55,561 nucleotides of DNA from a virus, in IMG/VR virus record IMGVR_UViG_3300029705_000157; one strand, written 5' to 3'. The translations under genes and the position numbers were made by a program. The notes beneath the pieces were generated by a model that ran no database searches, was not told the origin of the DNA, and worked only from the letters and a program-made list of their open reading frames with translations. Shown piece by piece: positions 17,493 to 25,212 of the stretch; positions within the stretch are counted from its first letter, which is position 1, and every line of letters starts with the position of its first letter.

Positions 17493-18137
17493 TTAGCTGT
17501 TTTCCATTTGTGCAATCTGCACAATGGTTTCAGGCTTTTTCACTCCCAACTGCGGAAGCTGATCTATTGTTAGTGCTGGACGCTGCGCCACTTCCTTGCT
17601 TACTCCTGGAAGATTTAAACCGTATTCCACATTTCCCACAAACATTGTACCGGTAACATGTTTGTTATCTAGCGCATCATCCTTTATTGATTCCAAACGA
17701 ATATCTTGAACTTTTTTCCAAATACGGAAACTGGTTGAACTTGGCTCCGTGTGCTTCCAGTTGTCTATTGTATCTTTTGGAATATTTGTAAAATAACTAA
17801 AACCTTCTGCGGATACGAATTTATTATACATATTACTTAAATAAATATAATAATCGCATATCTTATAAATCAAATCATAATCATAGCTATTGCATGTACT
17901 CGGTATCTTATTTTTTTCATAATGATTTAATGTTTTACTTTTTAATATACTTCTGTCGCAAAAAACACGATTGCCAACAAATTGCAAAACGGCCTTCCAA
18001 GGTCTCTGACCTTCCATTTTTAAATTGTCAATCTTGAACTTTTGGCAAGCTTCGGCAATTGCTTCTTCTATGTCATTGTCATATATAACTAAATCATCTA
18101 CATGTAATACTTCCAAATCTTCGCTATAGTTTTCCAT
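17493..18137 (-). CDS. Possible terminase small subunit / DNA-packaging protein
   Basis: First gene of the late block. The segment GFSYFTNIPKDTIDNWK resembles the HTH of small terminases. There is no other TerS candidate next to TerL. Confidence 0.35.
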   Translation of the reverse strand: MENYSEDLEVLHVDDLVIYDNDIEEAIAEACQKFKIDNLKMEGQRPWKAVLQFVGNRVFCDRSILKSKTLNHYEKNKIPSTCNSYDYDLIYKICDYYIYLSNMYNKFVSAEGFSYFTNIPKDTIDNWKHTEPSSTSFRIWKKVQDIRLESIKDDALDNKHVTGTMFVGNVEYGLNLPGVSKEVAQRPALTIDQLPQLGVKKPETIVQIAQMENS

Positions 18138-18545
18138 GTCATGCTCACCTCCTGTTAGAATTTAAAAAAAGAAAAACGCCCACAGAAAAGACCTGATAAT
18201 GATCTAATCTGTGAGCGTGCTGCATTTGTTTTTTTGCCGTCCTTGCTCTGTCCATCTATCCGATAAGCTCCGTTGTCCCTCTCACGGCGCCGGGCGGTGG
18301 CTGGCGGATTCGAATTAAATTTTCTGATTCCAATATAAACCAATGCTGTTATTATGTCAACCGTTAAATTTATAAAAATTCCATAAACAGAAAAAAGCCC
18401 GATCAGCTGCCGGAACTTTCTTTCGTTTTTTCGTTTTTCTTTTTTTAGTATTTTTTTCTTTTTACTTTTTATCTTTCTTTGTATGTATTACTTTATAGAC
18501 TAAGATATACGTTATCTAAGTATGTAGTATATTAATATATATAAT

Positions 18546-18625
18546 ATATAGTGTATTAATAATAATCTACTGTATATAAATATATACTGTATTAATTAAT
18601 ATTATAAATAATATACTGTATTAAT
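18546..18625. repeat. Iteron-like 15-mers ATATA(C/G)TGTATTAAT in an AT-rich tract
   Basis: Copies at 18546-18560 (one mismatch), 18582-18596 and 18611-18625. Degenerate copies lie at about 18521 and 18568. Confidence 0.7.
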
Positions 18626-18673
18626 AGTATTTACTTATTGAAGAAAAGAATAGATAAGAATAGAATAGAGGAG

Positions 18674-18886
18674 TCGTACGACTAAGTCGTACGATGTCAA
18701 ACGATAATCGTACGATTATTTAAAAAGCCTTATTTTACAATGGTTTTAACTGTACGGAAATCACCAAAAAAGACACAAAAACGGCAAAAAAAGCGGTCAA
18801 AATGACGGAAAAAACGGGTCAAAAATTACCGCATTTTCAACCGCATTCCAACCGCAAAAATTAGATAATCGTTTTTAGTCGTACGA
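18674..18886. repeat. Four copies of the palindromic octamer TCGTACGA
   Basis: Copies at 18674-18681, 18687-18694, 18708-18715 and 18879-18886. Three share the flank AG-TCGTACGA. Between them are roughly helically phased A-tracts starting at 18786, 18799, 18809 and 18821. Confidence 0.7.
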
Positions 18887-18898
18887 TTTTTTCATATC

Positions 18899-19165
18899 CT
18901 AAAATGGGCAACCGTTTCCATCTTCTGGAACTGCTCCGGGTTCAGCTGCTACCGCTTCCAGGCGTTCCAGATCGGCAAGGACTAATCTATTGATATAACC
19001 GTTTAAGCTTTCTCCTATTCCCTTTATCCGTTCTTTCGTTCCTTTTGGTAACGTAATAGATACCCGATCAAAATTATTTCTTATATATTCATTTTGGTTT
19101 TTATACTGTCTCTGAAGCCGTTCTACTGCTTTTTGCGGGTCTATAGTCATTTTCATATCCTCCAA
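18899..19165 (-). CDS. Ribbon-helix-helix (CopG/Arc/MetJ-like) DNA-binding protein
   Basis: RVSITLPKGTKERIKGIGESLNGYINRLVLADLE fits the RHH strand-helix-helix pattern. Confidence 0.55.
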   Translation of the reverse strand: MEDMKMTIDPQKAVERLQRQYKNQNEYIRNNFDRVSITLPKGTKERIKGIGESLNGYINRLVLADLERLEAVAAEPGAVPEDGNGCPF

Positions 19166-19261
19166 ATTCCTTTATTAATTAAAATCATTATATAAATTAT
19201 ATTTTATAAAGTCAATAATAAATATTTTATTAAAATATATTACATAAATACAATTTAGGTA

Positions 19262-19290
19262 TTGACTTTCTTATATTTATGTAATATTAT
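19262..19290 (+). promoter_or_regulatory. SigmaA-type promoter for the plus-strand acidic protein gene
   Basis: -35 TTGACT (19262-19267), 17-nt spacer, -10 TATTAT (19285-19290). GGAGGA lies before the ATG at 19330. Confidence 0.55.
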
Positions 19291-19329
19291 TAATGTAACA
19301 AATAAACAACCCGAACGGAGGAAAACAAT

Positions 19330-19755
19330 ATGAATAAAACAGCTTTATTATTAACAGCATACGAAAGAGTTGGAAGCGTAGGAACAGCGGAATACATCGA
19401 AATGTATATCGATGAAATGGAAGTAACGGCAGACATGATTGGAGATTACAACGAATATCTCAGCGAACAGGGATATGAACAGTTTTTTGATGATTTAGAA
19501 ATGATGCTGGACGGATTCCAGCCGATGGATGTAGCAAGAATGACATTCTACGGAGATTTTAGATTTGCGGCAGATTTTCATAGATTTAACGGATACGGAA
19601 ATATAGACAGCTTTGAAGAATATGAAGTTGTTAGAGAAATGAGAAATGATCGTGATTTTCTACAATGGTACATCCTGCAAAATGATTTGATTGACTTTGA
19701 TTCGATAGATGAAATTATTGAAGAGGCTAACGAATTAATAGATGCAGGATATTAA
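19330..19755 (+). CDS. Strongly acidic hypothetical protein (possible DNA mimic or anti-restriction factor)
   Basis: 141 aa, roughly one quarter Asp/Glu. It has its own promoter and lies on the opposite strand to the rest of the genome. Confidence 0.35.
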   Translation: MNKTALLLTAYERVGSVGTAEYIEMYIDEMEVTADMIGDYNEYLSEQGYEQFFDDLEMMLDGFQPMDVARMTFYGDFRFAADFHRFNGYGNIDSFEEYEVVREMRNDRDFLQWYILQNDLIDFDSIDEIIEEANELIDAGY

Positions 19756-19974
19756 ATTCAAGAATAAGCCGTTGCGGCGGCGTTAAAAAGTCCATTAGGC
19801 CGCAAGCGTTCAGCCCTCCGGGGCTTCGGTATTGAATTATCGGAAAAATACGGCGTTAAGCTGGAAATTGAATAAAGCAAAAGCCCCGTATCGGGTCTTT
19901 TTATAATGCAGGCGTGGACGGTTCCAACCCCGGGAAAATGCAGAGGATAGAAAAAAGATGGAGGTTTTTATCGC

Positions 19975-20205
19975 ATGGAAAAAACAATTAAATTGCAAGG
20001 ACTTTACGGACAGCAGAAAGCAAAGCCAGTTAAAGAGTTGAAAATTGGGGACGTTATCAAATGGAATTATGGATATACTAGCACGGTTGTAGAACTGATT
20101 CCAACCAAAACAGGGAAACAGATTACATGCATGTTGAAAAGCGATCAAGACGGAGAAATTAGACCGCGCCGAATGGGTTCTGATAGACTGGTTGCAATCG
20201 CTTAA
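19975..20205 (+). CDS. Hypothetical protein
   Basis: 76-aa ORF with GGAGG upstream, followed by a terminator. Confidence 0.4.
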   Translation: MEKTIKLQGLYGQQKAKPVKELKIGDVIKWNYGYTSTVVELIPTKTGKQITCMLKSDQDGEIRPRRMGSDRLVAIA

Positions 20206-20281
20206 AATTATAATTGAAATACTGGGGCTGTCTGTGATATGATAGCCCTATAATATTATTGTGTGCTGTCTGTGGGCTTGT

Positions 20282-20306
20282 AAACGCCTCATATAGGCGT
20301 TTTCTT
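20282..20306 (+). terminator. Intrinsic terminator
   Basis: AACGCCT-catat-AGGCGTT followed by TTCTT. Confidence 0.55.
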
Positions 20307-20623
20307 GCGCTACCCTATGACAGGAATATAAACCGCCTTTTGTCGGTGTTTGCTGGATGGCCGTGCGTTCTTGTGGTTTACATAATACAATCAACCTTGT
20401 ATGACAAATATGAACTTTTTGTAAACGAACCTAAAAATCAAACAAAAACCCAAGAAAATTTAGGATTATTTCTGAATCGATTTTCCTATAAAAAATAGGT
20501 ACCGGGGGGGGGTACAAAATTTCTTGCAATTTTTTTGTGGTATTTTCGAAAAAAATTTTTTTGATTTCTGAATTTTGAATCGATACCCACGGGGGTATCA
20601 AAAAACGATGCTTTAAAATAGAA

Positions 20624-20643
20624 ATAGCACCCGAAGGTGCTAT
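20624..20643. terminator. Bidirectional hairpin terminator
   Basis: ATAGCACC-cgaa-GGTGCTAT (8 bp), flanked by an A-rich run 5' and a T-rich run 3'. It abuts the stop of 20645..21481. Confidence 0.65.
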
Positions 20644-20644
20644 T

Positions 20645-21481
20645 TTATCTCCTACCATGAACAAAAACTTTCACATCATCATATCCATCATATGCGTTTA
20701 ATTCTGATGATAATTTTGCTCCCGGTTTCAATTCACTATCATCATCTGTTATGTATGTAAAATCATAACCGGAAACTTCACCATTTTTAAAGAATAGCGC
20801 GTATGCTTTTACAAATTCTGCTGGCTCATCTCCGTTATTGGTGCAAGTTATTATAACTTTTTCATCGGTTCTTGATTCTTCTACCGATACATCGTTTTTC
20901 ACAGATGTAAAAGATTTATCCTTATCAACCGTCATTGTATATTCAAAACTTTCAGCATTTTCACATTCATAAAAATAATTCTCTAATAAAACTTCCTCTC
21001 CCGGAGCCACTCCAACTTCATAAGAATCAGTAGCTCCTATAGTGTTTCCGTTAGAATCTTTTGCAATAGAATTAACATTTATTTCCACAGTTTCGTCAGA
21101 TGTGTTTAAGATTTCTAAAAAGTATAATGTAGTGCCGTAATCGTCTTTGTATACATATTCCGTTATTTCCATTTGTGAAGCTAAATCTTTTTCTTCCGTT
21201 TTGACATCAATAACTTCATTTGTTGAATTTGTTACTGTTGATTCTTCATCTGTGCTTAAAAGGGATAAAAACAGAACAAATACACCAATACCTATAACAG
21301 AACAAACGATGCCACCTATAGCAGTTCCATGTTTCCTGTCTTTTTGAGTAAGTGCAACAATTGATAAAACCAAACCTATTATACACGGAATAATTCCAAT
21401 AACAATAATTGAAAGCATCAATCCAATTATTCCAAGTATTAATCCAGCAATACCCAAACCGCTTGTCTTTTTGTTTTCCAT
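20645..21481 (-). CDS. Membrane protein with a small-residue-rich N-terminal TM hairpin and an extracytoplasmic domain (moron; superinfection-exclusion candidate)
   Basis: MENKKTSGLGIAGLILGIIGLMLSIIVIGIIPCIIGLVLSIVAL, then a second TM helix, then a Thr/Asp/Glu-rich beta-type domain. It has its own terminator. Confidence 0.5.
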   Translation of the reverse strand: MENKKTSGLGIAGLILGIIGLMLSIIVIGIIPCIIGLVLSIVALTQKDRKHGTAIGGIVCSVIGIGVFVLFLSLLSTDEESTVTNSTNEVIDVKTEEKDLASQMEITEYVYKDDYGTTLYFLEILNTSDETVEINVNSIAKDSNGNTIGATDSYEVGVAPGEEVLLENYFYECENAESFEYTMTVDKDKSFTSVKNDVSVEESRTDEKVIITCTNNGDEPAEFVKAYALFFKNGEVSGYDFTYITDDDSELKPGAKLSSELNAYDGYDDVKVFVHGRR

Positions 21482-21546
21482 TTCTATGACCTCCAACTTG
21501 TAAAATATTTCCAAAATTATACCACTTTAATAAACAATGTTCAATT

Positions 21547-21575
21547 AAAAAAGAAATGACATCCGAAGATGCCAT
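21547..21575 (-). terminator. Intrinsic terminator after the HExxH gene
   Basis: On the minus strand, ATGGCATC-ttcg-GATGTCAT (one mismatch) is followed by a T-rich run. Confidence 0.5.
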
Positions 21576-21661
21576 TTCCCATTTGGAATCTTTTACCTAA
21601 TTGGAAACGATGGTCTTTATTTCCAAGGGGTTCCTTAAACAAATTAACACAAATATGATTT

Positions 21662-21979
21662 TTATGCAATCTTTTTTAACACCATAAAAAGTTCATCAAC
21701 AATATTGAAAATTTCATCTCCATAAGTGGCTATGAAGTCACAAAGAAATTCTTCCTGGTCAATATCAATGTGAATGTCGTATGAAAATACCGCACAATGG
21801 CACACTTCGTGAATGAAAACCTTGCGTAAAAACGCACCAGATAATAAATCGGACAAATATACGCACCTTGTTCCAAAATCGCTTACACCGACCGTATACG
21901 AGCCGTCGGAACGTCTTAAATTGTCGCTATCCGGTCTACAGAAAACAATATCCCATTCAATACCATTAATAGCAAACAT
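21662..21979 (-). CDS. Small HExxH metallopeptidase-like protein (paralogue of 16889..17227)
   Basis: FIHEVCHCAVFSY motif. The start is probably MFAINGIEW. Confidence 0.5.
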   Translation of the reverse strand: MFAINGIEWDIVFCRPDSDNLRRSDGSYTVGVSDFGTRCVYLSDLLSGAFLRKVFIHEVCHCAVFSYDIHIDIDQEEFLCDFIATYGDEIFNIVDELFMVLKKIA

Positions 21980-21993
21980 AAAACCACCTACTT

Positions 21994-22021
21994 TCAAAAA
22001 CAGGGGGGCACAAAGCCCCCT
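21994..22021 (-). terminator. Intrinsic terminator closing the low-complexity protein cluster
   Basis: On the minus strand, GGGGGC-tttgt-GCCCCC is followed by TGTTTTTG. Confidence 0.6.
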
Positions 22022-22044
22022 TAACCGTATGGAAATATATACCT

Positions 22045-22734
22045 TTATGAGATTTTTTGAGCCATAGTCTGTAATTTGGTTTTCAACATGGTCTTTTCTT
22101 CATTGGAAGCACCGGAAATCATTTCAGAAATATCGCTGCCAAGTTCTGTCATATACTCTTCCAGTTCTTTCATTTTTTTCTGCTTATCTTCCGCAGTGTT
22201 TCCCTGATGCAGTTCTTTAGTTTGCATATAGTTGCGTCTCATCATCCCAGAACGACCTTCGCGGTAATCACGTTCTCCGCCATAGTTACGTGAATTGCCA
22301 CCACCGTTCATTCCACTAGTTGAACCACCGGACATATTACCACTGGATGAACCGGAACCGCCGTTTGGATAGTACATTCTACCCATTCCGTAGTCCATAT
22401 CTCTCATGTGTTCCATATCATCGTAATGTGGAATCATTTCTTCATAACCGCGTTTACGGCTCATGTATCTACCACGGCTGTCGCGTCTCTGACCACGATA
22501 ATATCTGCGCTCTTCCATCGGTCCATTTTCATCATAATCTTCACCATATTCGGACCCTTCCATAGCAACCGTAAGCGTGCGGTAATAGTGAGCTTCTGAC
22601 AAGTCCTTAATCATATCAAAGACTTCTCCCATTTCTTTGGTATCAACCTGTTCAATACCTTGCTTATCAAATTCTGCTTTTGCACATCCGACAAGCAACT
22701 CAATCATTTCATGCATTTTTTTAATATCACTCAT
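22045..22734 (-). CDS. Low-complexity Arg/Tyr/Gly/Met/Asp-rich protein
   Basis: Central YYRGQRRDSRGRYMSRKRGY...GGSGSSSGNMSGGSTSGMNGGGNSRNYGG, flanked by helical ends. Confidence 0.5.
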   Translation of the reverse strand: MSDIKKMHEMIELLVGCAKAEFDKQGIEQVDTKEMGEVFDMIKDLSEAHYYRTLTVAMEGSEYGEDYDENGPMEERRYYRGQRRDSRGRYMSRKRGYEEMIPHYDDMEHMRDMDYGMGRMYYPNGGSGSSSGNMSGGSTSGMNGGGNSRNYGGERDYREGRSGMMRRNYMQTKELHQGNTAEDKQKKMKELEEYMTELGSDISEMISGASNEEKTMLKTKLQTMAQKIS

Positions 22735-22747
22735 TGCTTCACACCTC

Positions 22748-23143
22748 CTACGCGCCCGCTACCGGTGCGGTACCGTCAATAGCTGTTAAATTGTTATTTG
22801 GTGCGCAGCATACTTTTCCTAATAGTTTGAAAATTCCTGTTGTCGCACTTGTTTCTACTTTGGTTGCGTATTTTGTTCTTGTTCTGATACTGCAAGCTGT
22901 TGCTTGTGTGCAATCGCACTTATTCAATGGGTAAAGTTCCGTACCGGCACCAATCTGAATGAATACTGGTGCCGTTATTGTAGTTGTGTCTGGAATTGTC
23001 TGAGCAACCACGATACAATATTTACATCCATCGGAATAAGCACCTTCTGGAATCGTGATAACAAGTCCAGTTCCGTCGGTAAACGTAACAGCTGTGCTAA
23101 TAATCAATCTATCGCATAAGCGACATACATTTTTACATGCCAT
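22748..23143 (-). CDS. Cys-rich protein (11 Cys in 131 aa)
   Basis: MACKNVCRLCDR...CKYC...KCDCTQATAC...KVCC. Confidence 0.5.
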   Translation of the reverse strand: MACKNVCRLCDRLIISTAVTFTDGTGLVITIPEGAYSDGCKYCIVVAQTIPDTTTITAPVFIQIGAGTELYPLNKCDCTQATACSIRTRTKYATKVETSATTGIFKLLGKVCCAPNNNLTAIDGTAPVAGA

Positions 23144-23229
23144 AATAATATCCTCCTGTAATCAATACAGGGCAGACACTAAGTCCGCCCCATAGAATAA
23201 TCAGCCCCTATGGGCGAGTTGTTCAATTG

Positions 23230-23958
23230 TTAGGCGCATCCGCAACCGCCGTAACCGCTAAATGTGCCACAGCCATTTGTCGGGAATGTAACCTGTGCCG
23301 GCGGCTGTACTACATATGCCGGAATCGGGCAGTCATTGCCAGTTCTGCGAATAATCTCCGCAGTTCTAGCATCAAGTGCAGCTGCAAAGTATGCATTCTG
23401 CTTTAACGCCTGATTTTCAGCCTGTACAGTTGCCAGTTTATCCTGTACTAAGAAGTCAAGGATACTTTTTGTGCTGTCTGCGATTGCCTGGCGTGTTTCA
23501 CAAGCCTGTGTTGCCATGTTGTAATTGATTCCGTCAATTGCACGCTGAGTCTGGCAGCAACAATCAGAAATCTGATGACCAAGGCTGTTAAATCCACTCT
23601 GAACATTGTAACCAAGGTTACAGATCGCATTGTCCACACCGTGGAACCCGGTTGTTATTGTGTTATTCAGCGCATATGTGCTGTCTGCAAGACCATATGT
23701 CTGCTGGTCTAATTTAGAGATTAAAGTCTGCTGATCTACAGCCGCTCTAACATCTGCCTGAGTAGCGCAAGGTTCTAAACGTCCACCGCCGCCAAAACCA
23801 CCGAAGCCACCAAATCCATTGCCGCCCCATCCGAGCAATGCAAGGATTATGATAAGACCCCAAAGACCATCGCCGCCAAACATACCACCGTCATTTCCAT
23901 AACCGCCATAAACAGCTGGAGCAACCGGCATTGTAAATCCTGTGTTATTGTTGAACAT
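23230..23958 (-). CDS. Gly-rich TM-motif plus Cys-rich repeat protein
   Basis: N-terminus YGGYGNDGGMFGGDGLWGLIIILALLGWGGNGFGGFGGFGGGG. The C-terminus ends GCGTFSGYGGCGCA. GGAGGA lies before the ATG of MFNNNTGF. Confidence 0.5.
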   Translation of the reverse strand: MFNNNTGFTMPVAPAVYGGYGNDGGMFGGDGLWGLIIILALLGWGGNGFGGFGGFGGGGRLEPCATQADVRAAVDQQTLISKLDQQTYGLADSTYALNNTITTGFHGVDNAICNLGYNVQSGFNSLGHQISDCCCQTQRAIDGINYNMATQACETRQAIADSTKSILDFLVQDKLATVQAENQALKQNAYFAAALDARTAEIIRRTGNDCPIPAYVVQPPAQVTFPTNGCGTFSGYGGCGCA

Positions 23959-24030
23959 ATCGTTGTTCCTCCATAAAATATATTTACAAACGGAGAAACC
24001 GGTTTTTTGTGCGCACAACTCCGATATGTA

Positions 24031-24255
24031 CTACAACTTAAATTTTGATTTTAATTGATTCATAAACTGGTTGGCATCTACGCCACGTTCTTTGCACATG
24101 TTTTGTGCCATTTCATTTACTGCTTTTGAATCGCCTTTCTGATACAGTTCGACTGCATTTTTTGCGATAGGATTCTGCATTATGAAACTATTGCTCATAA
24201 TGTTTTGTAAAATCTGCTGTGGATTCATGTTAAAAGGATTAATCATCGGACACAC
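24031..24255 (-). CDS. Small hypothetical protein
   Basis: About 71 aa. The likely start is MINPFNMNPQ, overlapping the upstream stop. Confidence 0.4.
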   Translation of the reverse strand: MCPMINPFNMNPQQILQNIMSNSFIMQNPIAKNAVELYQKGDSKAVNEMAQNMCKERGVDANQFMNQLKSKFKL

Positions 24256-24715
24256 TCTCCTTTTTTGCCGCGCGTGCTGGTTTGTTCAGTTTGTCAATCT
24301 TTTCTGATAATTCGTCAAGTCTTTGCATAATGCATTCTACAAGCGCGTTATCCGCTTGTATTTGGCTTTTCTGTGATTCATTGGACATATCCTCGATTAC
24401 TGGCTTAAAAGTCAATATTTGAGTCGTTCCGTTAGGCATCCACTGCTTTGTGTAAATCTCGCTTCCGTCAGCCTTCGGGAAGTAATACAAATTCCCATCC
24501 ATCGGAATATCTGTAGATCTGACTATATCAATACTTTCCACAATCTTTCCAGTAATAGGATTCTGATTAGTCTGTGGCATCTGCTGATTCTGCATCTGCA
24601 TGATACGGTCCATATACGGAGTCTGATATTGCTGCATCTGTGGATATGACGGTTGATACATCTGATTGTTGAATTGTGGATAACTATTCATCGAATAATT
24701 CGGAAATTGTGGCAT
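24239..24715 (-). CDS. Protein with a Gln/Asn/Pro/Met/Tyr-rich N-terminal region
   Basis: MPQFPNYSMNSYPQFNNQMYQPSYPQMQQYQTPYMDRIMQMQNQQMPQTNQNP, followed by a globular domain. Confidence 0.5.
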   Translation of the reverse strand: MPQFPNYSMNSYPQFNNQMYQPSYPQMQQYQTPYMDRIMQMQNQQMPQTNQNPITGKIVESIDIVRSTDIPMDGNLYYFPKADGSEIYTKQWMPNGTTQILTFKPVIEDMSNESQKSQIQADNALVECIMQRLDELSEKIDKLNKPARAAKKESVSDD

Positions 24716-24845
24716 ATGGGTTTTCCTCCTTTATCTCTAACAGAGCATCCTGGAACACTCTGATCATTTCACTTATGTTGAATACGGGTATTCTTCTGGT
24801 CCGTAAATCAGAATATATTTTTTCAATTAATTTATCGGAAAACAT
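24684..24845 (-). CDS. Small hypothetical protein
   Basis: GGAGG lies 7 nt before the ATG of MFSDKLIEKIY. The ORF-track start at 24878 sits inside the terminator T-run. Confidence 0.35.
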   Translation of the reverse strand: MFSDKLIEKIYSDLRTRRIPVFNISEMIRVFQDALLEIKEENPYATISELFDE

Positions 24846-24878
24846 ATCGCATACCTCCTCATGCCTAAATAATGGCAT

Positions 24879-24906
24879 AAAAAAAGAACATTGCTATTCA
24901 ATGTTC
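24879..24906 (-). terminator. Strong intrinsic terminator downstream of integrase/attP
   Basis: On the minus strand, GAACATTG-aatag-CAATGTTC (perfect 8 bp) is followed by TTTTTTT. Confidence 0.7.
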
Positions 24907-24940
24907 ATCCAAATAAAAATATAAAATTTATGCATTTTTT

Positions 24941-25210
24941 GATTACTTTTGCAAATTTAAGAAATCGGTCACGGGACGCCGTGATTACCTGTGATTACTT
25001 TTTTGATTAATTAGCGATTTTTCTGGAAAAGCAACACCACCCAGAATACTCCTTTCTTCCAGTAAAATCAAGGGTTTTCAGACTTTGGTTTACATAAAAA
25101 AGAAAGCTGATAACGGGAGTCGAACCCCGAACTAATTCCCTAAAACCCAGTAAAATCAAGGGTTTTCAGCTTTTGTCTGTGATTACCTTGATTACTTTTT
25201 GATTAATTTT
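24941..25210. mobile_element. Candidate attP region with nested direct repeats
   Basis: It lies directly downstream of the integrase gene. A 23-bp repeat, ccagtaaaatcaagggttttcag, sits at 25059-25081 and 25147-25169. An imperfect repeat of about 30 bp, gtgattacc(t)gtgattactttt(t)tgattaatt, sits at 24981-25012 and 25179-25208. A further gattactttt lies at 24941. Confidence 0.55.
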
Positions 25211-25212
25211 AG

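Noticed and set aside
18155-18343. 62-aa minus-strand ORF upstream of the TerS-like gene
   Set aside because: It has no RBS and an odd Arg/Gly-rich composition, and it lies in a GC-rich non-coding patch. It is likely spurious.
20259-20664. ORFs 20259..20498 (+) and 20431..20664 (-)
   Set aside because: They run through terminator hairpins and homopolymer tracts, lack an RBS, and have implausible composition.
25095-25135. tRNA-like T-arm in the attP core (gggagtcgaaccccgaac)
   Set aside because: With a 7-nt TTCGACT loop only 3 stem pairs form, and no full cloverleaf can be drawn. It is kept only as a hint about the integration target, not called as a tRNA.
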